A stretch of 63,965 nt of DNA, counting the filler, from Octopus bimaculoides (lineage: Eukaryota), in NCBI RefSeq assembly GCF_001194135.2. It is 11 parts of 9 records of this genome, joined end to end, with 100 filler letters (N's around TTAATTAATTAA, not from the genome) between each part and the next. Parts side by side here need not be neighbours in the genome. Positions count along the whole stretch, not along the records: positions 1 to 30,971 come from NC_068982.1; positions 31,072 to 37,280 come from NC_068997.1; positions 37,381 to 39,669 come from NC_068986.1; 8 more parts are not named here. The stretch is one strand, 5' to 3'. Each line of letters begins with the position of its first letter. Within the stretch, counting starts at the first letter, position 1. A program made the position numbers and the translations under genes. The notes beneath the pieces were generated by a model. It saw only the letters and a list, made by a program, of their open reading frames with translations, did not search any database and was not told the DNA's origin. This document shows positions 26,451 to 37,953 of the stretch, one piece after another.

Positions 26451-27522
26451 AAAATATTCACTAACATAAGTATTGATCCAGTACAAAGGTAAACTTAATC
26501 AAGTATATCGTCCACACAAAATGCTAGAATTCAAAATGGCAGAATATAGAAAGCTTGGTATGAGGTCAGAACAAATAGGTTACGGTATTTACTTACAGTA
26601 TTTTATATCATGAGTTCCTACTGCAGTGAGATAAATACTGGTTTTATTTTGCATCCCCTGAGACGAAACAATTCTTAAGTAATATAATGAAAATAGACAC
26701 AGTCCTCGATTATATTTAAACTGAGACAATTTTAGAAGTATTTAGATATTTATTTAGTTTTTCTTTTATAGGCGATTTAAAGAATCAAGGACATCATTTA
26801 TTAACCTTTTCAGGGCCTTCGAGACTGGTGACAGGAATGGATAAAATTATCCATAGATTAGGGACCTCTTAAATTACTGCAGTACAGAGATCTTCGTTAA
26901 AAACACCCAGAAGACATGTAGTGATGTTAACAAATAGTAACATGTTATACCTACAAACCAAGAACAGGAACAGTTTCCTTCAAGTGCTTCTGTAGATTTC
27001 ATTCACAAGGGTTCGGTCAATCCGAAGCTATGATAGAATGCACTAGAACTACATGGCTGTAAAGCAAAATGAACTTTCTAGCTACGAAGCCACGATTATG
27101 ACCATTGACTTGTATGCTCTTAATTCAAATAACACTGGGGTTGTTATTACTATTTAAGGTTCATGTCAACATTAACTAAGCAGACCCATGATCTTAATCA
27201 TTTAAGCCGTGGCTATCTGAACTTATTAGAATAATGTTGGAGTACATTACCTAATGCCTCATTATTTGCTGTTTCTTTCTTAAGGCCAACATCAATCTTG
27301 ACTTAAAAAAAACTATCATTAATATCAATTGATGTCCATCATCATCATTTTAGACGCATGTAAGGCTGTATTATCTTGTGTATTATCATTTAAGGCAGTA
27401 CAGTATGATTTAAACAAGATTTGACAGCTTTTTCTAACAGGTAGAGTAACCACAAAGAAGTTTATTCATCGGCTGGAATATAAACGGAATTCACTTTGTT
27501 TGTCAATATTTCGGAGTGGATT

Positions 27523-27730
27523 AAGGCGGCGAGCTGGCAGAATGCTTACAAAATTCTTACGGGCATTTCGCTGTCTTTACTTTCTGAGTTCAAATTTCGC
27601 CGAGGTCGGCTTTGCCTTTCATCCTTTCGGACTCGATTACATGAGTACTGGTTGGACACTGCGGTCGATGTAACCGACTTACCCGTCCCTCGAAATTTCT
27701 GGTTTTGTGCCAAAATTTGAAACTAATATT
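27523..27730 (+). mobile_element. SINE type C
   Basis: aaggcggcgagctggcagaat...gagttcaaatt...gtgccaaaatttgaaac. Confidence 0.8.
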
Positions 27731-28211
27731 TCAGAGTGGATTGTAATTAAATATCAAGCAAAGCTTTGTGATTGATTTAAATTACTACAATGCTTCTCTA
27801 AAATTCAATAAATCAACAATATTATGACAAATGGTATGGTAAAAATGATAGAACGCTAGCTTATATAGACAGTTTAACCGAGAACTAATATTACTCAAAA
27901 ATAGTTGAAGCTAAGTTCAAGAACGCTATTGAAAAGCGGAAATAACAGTATTGTTTAATTAAACAGTATTTACATATAGCAGCCATTAAGAAAACGATGT
28001 CGTCTATCAAAATAGAAAACAAGAACGGAGCTTATCGTATATGAATGGGACAAAGTACTGCAATCTCAGCTTAAGCGCTTTGAAAATACGCCTACGGCCT
28101 GATATACTTGCTCCCCAGAATATATTTAAAATATATCAAATTCATTCTTATTGGCTCATTTGATTCACATTGCAGTACACACACACACACACACATACCG
28201 CCGCGCGTGCA

Positions 28212-28269
<58 letters not shown>

Positions 28270-28309
28270 ACAGGCATATACACATAAATGCATGCCTCGA
28301 TGTATTTAT

Positions 28310-28584
28310 GTCATTATTCAGTTTTATTTCAAGATGTCTTGCCAATAGAAAAAGAGCCGGTTTCTAACCTGGATCCAAGGCTCCTTTACTGGAATTTCAA
28401 CATCAACAACAGTGTATGTATGCATGTATGCATGTATGTATGTATGTATGTCATTATTCAGTTTATTTCAAGATGTCTTCCCAGTTGGAAAAGAACCGGT
28501 TTCTAACCAAGATCTAAGGCTCCTTCATTGGAATTTCAACATCAACAACAGGGCATTTTTGTTTGTTTGTCTGTATGTATACAC

Positions 28585-28615
<31 letters not shown>

Positions 28616-29054
28616 TGTATGTATGTATGTATGTACGTATGTGCAGATTTGTATGTATTCTCATGCATACAGTTGCGTACCTAGACATGCTCAATTATAT
28701 TTAGATGATAAACTGGGAAGTTTTACAGATTTTTACTGTTCCGGTCATGGATTGGATCTGTAGTCTTCGAATGAGCTTTTCCATTCTGGTTTTGAGAAAC
28801 CTAATTTCTCAAGATTGGCATTTAGGAAGTATGTTACATATCCCAGGGCCCCAATAATTACAGGTATAAACCTGAAATTTTAATCTGGATAGAGTAGCTA
28901 CTGGTTTCTCAATAGTTCTACATAGGTGTTCTCTTTTTCACTGATCTTCAGCTTTATGTTAACATCCGCTGGGCAGCTAAATTCCACAACTGTGCACAGT
29001 TTCTCTTCTCTGTGCTAAATCATTATATTCCTTTTTATTATGAGTAGCTATGGC
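28310..29054 (-). mobile_element. 3' fragment of RLE-LINE family 2 with a duplicated ~105-bp terminal unit and (CATA)n tracts
   Basis: Reverse complement matches 53676-54245 (EEKLCTVVEFSCP, ELLRN..LLYPD, FIPVIIGALG). Terminal unit at both 28310-28412 and 28450-28551. Confidence 0.8.
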
Positions 29055-29309
29055 ATATAGCGTAATGTTTTAGAGCGCGGGCTACTAACCTCAGGATTGC
29101 GAGTTCAATTCCAGGCAGTGCCTTGAATAAATGATAATAATAATAATAATAATGATAGTAATAACATCATCAAAATAAAAACCTTAGGAATGAGAACCCA
29201 GGGTTAGGTCCAAAATTTTACCAGGAGACCTGATGAAGGCTGGAGTGTAAATCAGCCGAAACGTTGTGGTAACAACAAACAAGATGAGGACACATATCCG
29301 TCCAATGTA

Positions 29310-29315
<6 letters not shown>
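29052..29315 (+). mobile_element. tRNA-headed short element carrying a hammerhead-like 3' module
   Basis: A-box-like tagcgtaatg, B box gagttcaattcc (29101-29112), (TAA)n linker 29128-29165, hammerhead-like core 29230-29265, ends at (TA)n. Confidence 0.7.
29218..29272 (+). ncRNA. Minimal type I hammerhead ribozyme-like motif
   Basis: CTGATGA 29230-36, extra A, stem II ggctg/cagcc, GAAAC 29258-62, GTT triplet 29263-65 (palindrome AACGTT, no loop III), stem I ac/gt plus ttacc/ggtaa across a 5-nt bulge. Confidence 0.55.
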
Positions 29316-29397
<82 letters not shown>

Positions 29398-29519
29398 GGA
29401 TGTGTGAGAGAGAGAGAAAATGTATGCGTGTGTGTCTGTGTATACGTGTCATCATCATTGTAATATGAAAATGTCTCGATCCCTCAGTCACTACATTTTT
29501 CCTTTGTGAAATGTCAACA

Positions 29520-29960
29520 GTGAAACACCTTTCTTCTTTATTGCATTCTTGGTCCAGGCTGATCTTTGTCACCCAATGAATTTTAGTTGTTGAGTTATGT
29601 TCAAATTAGTGATGCTTACTTCGGTTACCAGTTTCCAGAAGTGTTGGTCTTGTATCAGTCTTTTCTATTATGAACCTCGATCTTCTTTCAAAATTTGTTA
29701 TTTTGAGTATCCGTTTGTCAACATCTCAAGTACGTATTTAGCAACGATATAGAGTTACAGGCTAAACGAAATTCTTGTGTGAGTGTTGGATGTACCTCGT
29801 TGTTGGTGTTCAAAGACCACTATTCCAAGATGTTCTAAAATTGGGGAGTGTTTGTATGTACCATTGGAATATTTGGGATTATTTAATATTTGCATTCGTT
29901 GCTATCACTCACTTTGTGCAAAGTTATGTTCGATTTTCACGTTTGAGATATAGATGTCAG
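29520..29960 (-). mobile_element. Old R4/Dong-like LINE remnant
   Basis: Minus fragments HLYLKRE and IQDQ, motifs of the post-RT region of RLE elements; heavily decayed. Confidence 0.4.
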
Positions 29961-30933
29961 ACCGAAGTGCAGTTTCGCTTATTACCATTATTTTGGTTCA
30001 TTTTTCTTTTTTTTTTTTGGCGTTAATCAATGATCCCAATTAATCAAAATTCAAAAATTAGGTGTTTGCGGTTTGATTCTATTATATATGTCTGACCTGT
30101 TGTTTTAAAACCGAGATGGCTGGAAATTCAATTCTCATAATCATTTCAATGTTAATGCTTAAAAGGTTTGAAAAAAAAAACGATGGAATATTAGCGGATT
30201 TCTTTCTCCTAGTAGTTTAGTTTCACTAGATGAGGTCTTTAAGGCAGAGGATTGTGTTGTATACTGTGTTTTTGTAAGTGCCTTTAGGAATGGTCTTCGC
30301 GTGGTTGAATCAGTATTGCCCATACTTTGGTATACTGAATATAATAAAAAGTCAATTTTGAAAACATTATTCATTACATAGCACAATGCTAAAATAAATA
30401 TATAGACCACACACACAGGCACACACACACACACACGCATGCACGCACATATATGTATGTGTGTATGTGTATATATATATAGATACGCATGCACGCACGC
30501 ACACACGCATACACAGACACACACACATATGTATGTATATATACAAAAACTCACAAACAAAATAAACGTGTGAGTATGCGGTATAAATCTAACAGTAAAT
30601 TTAAAATACCAGTGATAAGGCATAAAAAATATCAGGCGATAAAATTTACAGGAATCGCATTTATCTATCATAAAATGCGGTAATTGCATATGAAAATAGC
30701 AGTTCAATTCTGCTCATGAGGCTCTGTAACTTTAGAAACGTTGATGATGATGGATTTAGGAAATTTATTCTTCCAAACGAACACTAACTCACACCAATAG
30801 AAGAAAGATAAAACAGAAACAAAAAAGGCGAGAAGCAAAACCTGATCGTGTTTTCAATAGATTATATCTGAAAGACAGTTCACTGTATATATATGAACAA
30901 ACACAAAGATACATGCATACATACATACATACA

Positions 30934-30969
<36 letters not shown>

Positions 30970-30971
30970 TA

Positions 30972-31071
30972 NNNNNNNNNNNNNNNNNNNNNNNNNNNNN
31001 NNNNNNNNNNNNNNNTTAATTAATTAANNNNNNNNNNNNNNNNNNNNNNNNNNNNNNNNNNNNNNNNNNNN
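30972..31071. other. Artificial 100-nt gap spacer (44 N + TTAATTAATTAA + 44 N); about ten in the window
   Basis: Identical 12-mer with stops in all frames inside N runs at 31016, 37325, 39714, 42237, 45223, 49098, 54980, 57933, 60438, 62892. Confidence 0.9.
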
Positions 31072-31200
31072 TATATATATATATATATATATATATAGGT
31101 TCAAAAAAAGGAAAAAGACAAAAAACAACAACAAAAAACAACAACGTGAGGACGTGATACAGATTGTGTTACTAGACGCTCGGAAAAAGAAAGAGAGAGA

Positions 31201-31235
31201 GTATGACGTTTCGAGCGGAGCTCTTCGTCGGAAAC
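31201..31235 (-). ncRNA. Degenerate minimal hammerhead-like motif
   Basis: Minus: gttt CCGACGA a gagc tcc gctc GAAAC GTC atac. U4 is C; stem I 3 of 4 pairs. Confidence 0.45.
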
Positions 31236-31284
31236 AAAGAAAGTCCAAAGAAGGGAAAAGCGGAGGAAATAGCTGGTCGGCTAC

Positions 31285-31327
31285 TTCAGGCTGATGACGA
31301 GCAATGACTCAGAAACATGTCCCTGAA
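31285..31327 (+). ncRNA. Minimal type I hammerhead ribozyme-like motif
   Basis: ttcagg CTGATGA c gag caatga ctc a GAAAC at GTC cctgaa: perfect 6-bp stem I, palindromic ACATGT stem III, GUC triplet, C.A mismatch at the base of stem II. Confidence 0.6.
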
Positions 31328-31854
31328 TGCAGACTAAAGCTAGGGGGAAGCATGTATCCCCTTCACAAATATAAGGACACAGGAAATATGTCAAGGCCAA
31401 CAGAAAGCAGTCTAGCTTCCTAGGGCTAAATAGCAGCAGTATGATTCCCTTAATGGGTCTGTCACATTAAGTTGACAGTAAGCAACTGCTATATATATAC
31501 ATATATGTATGGTACTTGAGTCACTTTGTTACCTTTGCTAAATATTAATAACAATATACACACATTCATATTTTGTGTTCTATCTTTTTCTGTTTGCGTC
31601 ACCATACTTGTGTATGTGTGTGTGTATATATATATATATNNNNNNNNNNNNNNNNNNNNNNNNNNNNNNNNNNNNNNNNNNNNNNNNNNNNNNNNNNNNN
31701 NNNNNNNNNNNNNNNNNNNNNNNNNNNNNNNNNNNNNNNNNNNNNNNNNNNNNNNNNNNNNNNNNNNNNNNNNNNNNNNNNNNNNNNNNNNNNNNNNNNN
31801 NNNNNNNNNNNNNNNNNNNNNNNNNNNNNNNNNNNNNNNNNNNNNNNNNNNNNN

Positions 31855-32116
31855 GCCGAACCGCTAGAATCGGGGATACAAACAACAAAAACACCGCTTG
31901 TCAAGTGGTGGCGGCGGCGGCGGTCAGACGCAGACACGAAGACACAAACACAAACACACACATATATAGCGGGCTTCTTGCAGTGTCCGTCTACCAAATC
32001 CACTCAAAAGGCTTTGGTCGGCCCGAAGCTATAGTACAAGATACTTGCCAAGGTGCCACGTAGTGGAACTGACTCGGGAACCATGTGGTTGGAGAGCAAG
32101 AGTCTTACCACACTGC
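31855..32116 (-). mobile_element. Composite SINE A+B, 3' part in gap
   Basis: Reverse complement of A head and body plus start of B. Confidence 0.75.
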
Positions 32117-32575
32117 TAAATGTATCATACATATATATATACATATATATATACATATATACATATATATATATGTATATATATATATATGTCATTTCCT
32201 ATAGTTTCGGGTTACTCCATGCCTTTGCGAGGGATTGGCTAAACAGAAATTGTACTGAAGCTTATCAGATGGGTTGTACAATTCGGAAGGTACAGCCTTG
32301 TCCCACGTCATTCCATACTGATTCTAAATGTGATTTCCTGTAACAATACAGATACCAGTGGGAAGTACAGTCACTTACAACGACAAGTCATGGGCAGGTA
32401 ACTCATTTGATCTAAGAACTGACTTCACGTCATCGAACGACGGGATCCTCGTTTTTAAAATAATGTATCAAACTTATGTAAGAAAGATGATCACATAGTT
32501 CTAATCTTTTTCTCATATATATATGTGTGTGTGTATGTGTGTGTGTATGTACGTACGTATGTATGCATGTGTGTA

Positions 32576-32617
<42 letters not shown>

Positions 32618-32627
32618 NNNNNNNNNN

Positions 32628-32664
<37 letters not shown>

Positions 32665-33021
32665 TAGATATAAAACATCAAACAAAATAGATGCGATAAA
32701 TCTTTATCGTTGCTATTTAACCTCTGTTCGTATTACAGATAACAACTGCACTGAGATAATCTTGGAGACTAAACAATCTTACAATTTAAGATTGAACTAC
32801 AGCCTATGTGCACGCATGCATACATACATACATATTTATATATATGAGTGTATGAATGTATGTATACATGTATGTATACATGTATGTATGTATATATATG
32901 TATGTACTATGTATGTGTGTGTTATATATGTTTACATATACAGTACATAAGCATATTGCACATTACACGTATGCGAACATACATGCAGTTAGATACTAAA
33001 CACTATGAATATATTTGCTTA

Positions 33022-33212
33022 CGAAGGGTGCTCAAAAGGTTCCTGACTTTGGGTAAAAGAAAATACAGGAGGATTAGTTAATTATGTTATTCCCCTCTTA
33101 TTGCAGTGGTCCTTCAGTATTTCTAAGCCCTGTAAAAGGACTCAGAATGTTAGGCCTCCAACCAGGCCTTTTGCGATACTCTTAAAGCCAGGAACTTTTC
33201 AGCACACCCTCG
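33022..33212. mobile_element. Mariner-type MITE with TA TSDs
   Basis: TA 33020-21, TIR cgaagggtgctcaaaaggttcctgacttt / aaagccaggaacttttcagcacaccctcg, TA 33213-14; second copy at 18286. Confidence 0.85.
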
Positions 33213-33232
33213 TATACATGTATATGCATATA

Positions 33233-33504
33233 TAGGGTATTCGGACTAAATTTGACAGCTTGCATAAAGGAAAACAAAAACACAATATCCCACCTAAATA
33301 TAAAATCATTTTAAAAAATCAAAAATACCAACTAAATTATGGCTGGGAGATATTCAGGTGGTTCCCAGTTCTCTATGTCAGCTAACTTTTCTCAACTAGA
33401 ACTGTAACCTCTATGCTCTCCAACACCGCTGACTGTTCACCAGTACATCAAGCTCTTCTTGAAAAAGGAAGATAAAAATCGTCAAATTTAGATTGTACAC
33501 CCTG
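33233..33504. mobile_element. Tc1/mariner-like MITE
   Basis: Imperfect TIRs tagggtattcggactaaatttgac / gtcaaatttagattgtacaccctg. Confidence 0.55.
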
Positions 33505-33531
33505 TATTTAATATAAAATATGTCTGGAATC

Positions 33532-33691
33532 CTCACATGCAGTACTCGGAGTTTCCCGGTAGCCACAGATATGAAGTTATCCGATTTCCATTCTTAATCA
33601 ACGCATGTTCCCGCGTTATTCCGCTATCACGTGAGACTATTTCAGGAAAGAGAACTGTACCTGCCGGGAAACTCCGAGTAGTTTATGTGAG
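33532..33691. mobile_element. MITE-like element with ~31-bp inverted repeats
   Basis: ctcacatgcagtactcggagtttcccggtag / ctgccgggaaactccgagtagtttatgtgag. Confidence 0.65.
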
Positions 33692-33735
33692 TGTTCCATA
33701 TTTGTATTATATATATATATATATATCATTAAATT

Positions 33736-33956
33736 AAGGTGGCGAGCTGGCAGAAGCATTAACACGTCGTGCGAAATGCTTAGCGGTATTTCGTCGGCCA
33801 TTACGTTCTGAGTTCAAATTCCGCCGAGGTCGACTTTGCTTTTCATCCTTTCGGGGTCGATAAAATAAGTACCAATTATGCACTGGGATCAATGTAATCG
33901 ACTTAATCCTTTTGTTTGTTCCCATGTTTAGCCCCTGTGGCAATAAAGACAAATAA
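33736..33956 (+). mobile_element. SINE type C, full length
   Basis: aaggtggcgagctggcagaa...gagttcaaattccgccgagg...gtggcaataaagacaaataa. Confidence 0.85.
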
Positions 33957-34064
33957 TTATATATCATTAAATGTAGACCTCTATTTCATTAATATTGAGG
34001 ACCACTTCTATTGTTATTACACATATATTTGTGTGTGTGAGAAAGAGAGAGAGAGAGAGAGTTC

Positions 34065-34420
34065 TGTTTTTAATTATTTCAAATCTTCCTCTTAGAAAAG
34101 AAGGAGCTGTTTTCCAACCGATACAAAACTGTCGTTGGAATGTAGATAACAGAAACAAATTCATATTCTAAACTTGAGATAAGCCTTGTAGTATATTTTT
34201 ACTGTTCCACTTACAGGTAGTATTTGTAATGTGCAAATTAGGAGGTTGATTTCTTTTTCTAGAAACCCCGAGCTTGTCACTTAGGTATTTATTCACAAAA
34301 CCAGGTGCACCAATTATTATTGATACGAATGTGAATTTATAATCTGGATACAGAAACAAGAGGTTTCGGAGCATTTCTGCGTAGTTAATCTCTTTTGTTT
34401 TGATCTTCGAATGTACATGT
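34065..34420 (-). mobile_element. Older 3' fragment of RLE-LINE family 2
   Basis: Minus KEINYAEMLRNLLFLYPDYKFTFVSIIIGAPG matches ENTYNELLRNLQLLYPDYKFKFIPVIIG near 53860. Confidence 0.6.
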
Positions 34421-34642
34421 AACAAAAGATCTAAGAACCAAAGTCAACAATGTAATTAATAACAACCTTGACGAAGACATGTTTCTGGTCGATATTATCT
34501 AGTTGTCATTACTTGCACTATCTCATTGACAAATACATTATAAACAATTACGAAAGAATGACCCAGACAAACACCAATGAACGAAACACATATAAAGATA
34601 AAAAAATGAAAGTACACTTTTCTGCAAAAGTCAAGTAAAAGA

Positions 34643-34680
<38 letters not shown>

Positions 34681-34969
34681 NNNNNNNNNNNNNNNNNNNN
34701 NNNNNNNNNNNNNNNNNNNNNNNNNNNNNNNNNNNNNNNNNNNNNNNNNNNNNNNNNNNNNNNNNNNNNNNNNNNNNNNNNNNNNNNNNNNNNNNNNNNN
34801 NNNNNNNNNNNNNNNNNNNNNNNNNNNNNNNNATATATATAAATTTTAATAATAAGGGTGAAAAATTGAATACTAATTTCATTAATATCAATTTAAAACC
34901 AGCGGCCTAGCATATTGAAAAATCTGAAGATTCAGAAAAATTATATTACATACATATAAGAGGGAATAC

Positions 34970-35360
34970 CACTAAGTGGACATCCATTATGCTAGAAGAC
35001 CACCTATGGTCTGACCACTAAGAAAAGATTGTTCTCGAGAAAATTCAGCGAACGTCAGAACGTAAGCGAGCAAGACAAATGAAAAGATACAAAATATAAA
35101 GATTAATCACAAACCCGGTTTCATTGTTACCACTACGTAATTACTCACGTAAATGTCCGCAATTCATCAGTGTGATCGTCATAGCAATATAATTTGCAGA
35201 ACTATACACGAGACGTCCGCATGAGATTGAACATGTATATAGATCTACCAATTACATTTGGGGTTATATTTCAAAAGTCTGAATTTTCTTGAGAACAATC
35301 TTTTCTTAGTGGTCAGACCGTATGTGGTCTTCTTCTAGCATAATGTATGTCCACTTAGTG
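34970..35360. repeat. Inverted-repeat element: ~80-bp arms (34970-35048, 35279-35360), 230-bp spacer
   Basis: cactaagtggacatccattatgctagaagacc...gagaaaattcag is the near-exact reverse complement of ctgaattttcttgag...gtccacttagtg. Confidence 0.9.
35106..35176 (-). ncRNA. Type I hammerhead ribozyme-like motif in the spacer of the inverted-repeat element
   Basis: Minus: atcaca CTGATGA attg [33-nt loop with tacgt/acgta hairpin] caat GAAAC cgg GTT tgtgat. Perfect 6-bp stem I, 4-bp stem II, intact core; predicted cut between 35112 and 35111. Confidence 0.7.
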
Positions 35361-35379
35361 TTTGTGTGTGTGTGTTTGT

Positions 35380-35459
<80 letters not shown>

Positions 35460-35614
35460 ACACACAGAAAGAGAGAGAGTGGAGTAAAGAATTGCACAGA
35501 AGGACGACAAAGGAAAACAAAAAACGCATAAAACGTGGACATAATCATCTCTCATCAGTTAACTAAAACTACAATGTCGTGCGATTTTATATACCATATT
35601 TATTCATAAGACAT

Positions 35615-35724
35615 TCGTCGAACCAGGCTGATAGTAGAAGATACTTGCCAAAAGTGCCGCACAGTGGAACCGAACCAGAAACTACGTTAATACAAAGCGA
35701 GCTTCCTAATCACATATCCCTGCC

Positions 35725-35727
<3 letters not shown>
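35615..35727 (-). mobile_element. SINE module A, partial
   Basis: Reverse complement of head and CORE-like body, next to (CA)n. Confidence 0.7.
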
Positions 35728-35763
<36 letters not shown>

Positions 35764-36150
35764 ACACCCACATACACACGTATATATCCATCTCAAGCTG
35801 GCGCCCATAGCCACCACCGACTACTCAAGTCTAATGTTTATTTGAGTTATAAGAAGTGGTTCACATTCCTCTAACAGTTTCCGGATTCAGTTTCTGTGGC
35901 CCAGCTACACCTTTCAATGCTTAAACTGATTGTGTTTCAGTCGGTGTCCAGTAGCTAATAACCAGCTGAAATTTTTTTTTTTTCTTTTTTTGCGGGATAG
36001 AATGCGTGTATGCGTGTATGTGAGTGCGCAATTGTTATTGACTGAGGATTGTTCTATGTTCGTATATGATACTTGAATAGAGTTTATGCTTTTAAATTTA
36101 TATTAGCAATTAGAAGAAAAATGCTTTTTCTAATATTGCTATATTTCAAC

Positions 36151-36584
36151 TGCGGCGACCTGGCAGAAACGTTAGCGCGTCGGGCGAAATGCTTGGCGGT
36201 ATTTCGTCTGCCGTTACTTTCTAAGTTCAAATTTCGCCGAGGTCGACTTTGCCTTTCATCCTTTCGGGGTCGATTAGATAAGTACCAGTTACGCACTGGG
36301 GTCGATGTAATCGAGTTAATCCCTTTGTCTGCCCTTGTTTGTCCCCTCTATGTTTATCCCCTTGTGGGCAATAACGAAATAAGAAACGTTAGTACGCCGG
36401 GCGAAATGCTTAACGGTATTTCGTCTGTCTTTACGTTCTGAGTTCAAATTCTGCCGCGTTCGACTTTGCTTTTCATCTTTTCGGGGTCGATAAATTAAGT
36501 ACCAGTTGCGTACTGGTTCGATCTAATCGACTGGCCCCCTCCCACAAAATTCCGGGCCTTGTGCCTATAGAAGAAAAGAATATT
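36151..36584 (+). mobile_element. Dimeric SINE type C, two units with different tails
   Basis: Unit 1 ends gtgggcaataacgaaataag, immediately followed by aaacgttagtacgccgggcg; unit 2 ends ccttgtgcctatagaagaaaagaatatt. Confidence 0.85.
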
Positions 36585-37431
36585 GTTATATTTCCGGATG
36601 GTCATTATTATTATTATTTTTTTTTTTTTTTTGTTAAATAAACATATGCACTATATATTCGTTCTTCACTCGTTTATTATTATTATTGTTATTTTATCTT
36701 ATGTCCATTATTTGGAAATTTTTCTTCACACATCTGTGACGTCTTTCATTAAATGTAATATAATGTTGCTGAAGTACAAAACAAAAAGTTAGGTTACCAG
36801 TAAAACTGATAATTCTTTGGCTTGTAAATACTGGTTTCAACACTCGCCGCAGCAGAATCTACACGAAATAAACTGTTTTTATTGGGGGTCTTTTGTAGTC
36901 AACCAGACTGAAAGATAACGGCGGTTTCATTGCAATAGCTGGCAATTTCAATACATAACACCATGACAGCTTTTTCTAATAATTTTAAGAGTGTCTTGGC
37001 TAGAAATGTTGCTATCTGTTATTAAATAGAGCGCTGAACCAGATTACATTTTTCGGTTTCCATTCCTGTTGTTTCTCATAGAATTGGTGATTATACTAAG
37101 GGTTTGGCTTTTTTCCTTTTTTTTTTTTCTTTCTTTTTTGCTAAATACGGATTTTAATGACTTCATTATCAGATTTATATGTATTATTATAAGATTTGTG
37201 GAAAATGTGGAAATTCATCATGAAATTTTTTTGATAAAAAATTATCGGCTACATTATTCTGGTTGTCCGACATTTCATTTNNNNNNNNNNNNNNNNNNNN
37301 NNNNNNNNNNNNNNNNNNNNNNNNTTAATTAATTAANNNNNNNNNNNNNNNNNNNNNNNNNNNNNNNNNNNNNNNNNNNNACGTAACTATGCCTCAGTGA
37401 GATATATGCATGTGAAAACAGAACAAAAATT

Positions 37432-37468
<37 letters not shown>

Positions 37469-37561
37469 ACAAACAAACCTCCATTACATCTGATCAACAC
37501 AGCGACGAATATATCTTTGTTCAACGTAGTTTCGTTTGCATACGTTTGCGATTCTATTCTA

Positions 37562-37953
37562 TTATTCTTTTACTTGTTCCAGTCATTTTGACTGCGGCCA
37601 TGCTGGAGCTCCGCCTTCAGCCGAAGAAATTGAACGCCGGGACTTATTCTAATAAGTAGGCCTAGTATTCATTCTGTCGGTTTCTTCTGCCGAACCGCTA
37701 AGTTACGGGGACGTAAACACACCAACATCGGTTGTCAAGTGATGGTGGTGGTGGGGGGAACAAACACACACACACACACACACATATATACGACAGGCTT
37801 CTTTCAGTTTCCGTCTACCAAATCCACTCCCAAGTCTTTGGTTGGACCGAGGCTATAGTAGAAGACGCTTGCCCAAGGTGCCACGCAGTGGAACTGAACT
37901 CGGAACCATGGGGCTGGGGAGCAAGCTTCTTACGACACAGGCCACGCCTGCGC
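37562..37953 (-). mobile_element. Composite SINE A+B, full length
   Basis: Reverse complement of the full A-(microsatellite)-B architecture. Confidence 0.85.

Noticed and set aside
30159-30350. Minus ORF segment MGNTDSTTRRPFLKAL, resembling a myristoylated N-terminus
   Set aside because: No donor site or homology support; lies within a microsatellite-extended ORF.
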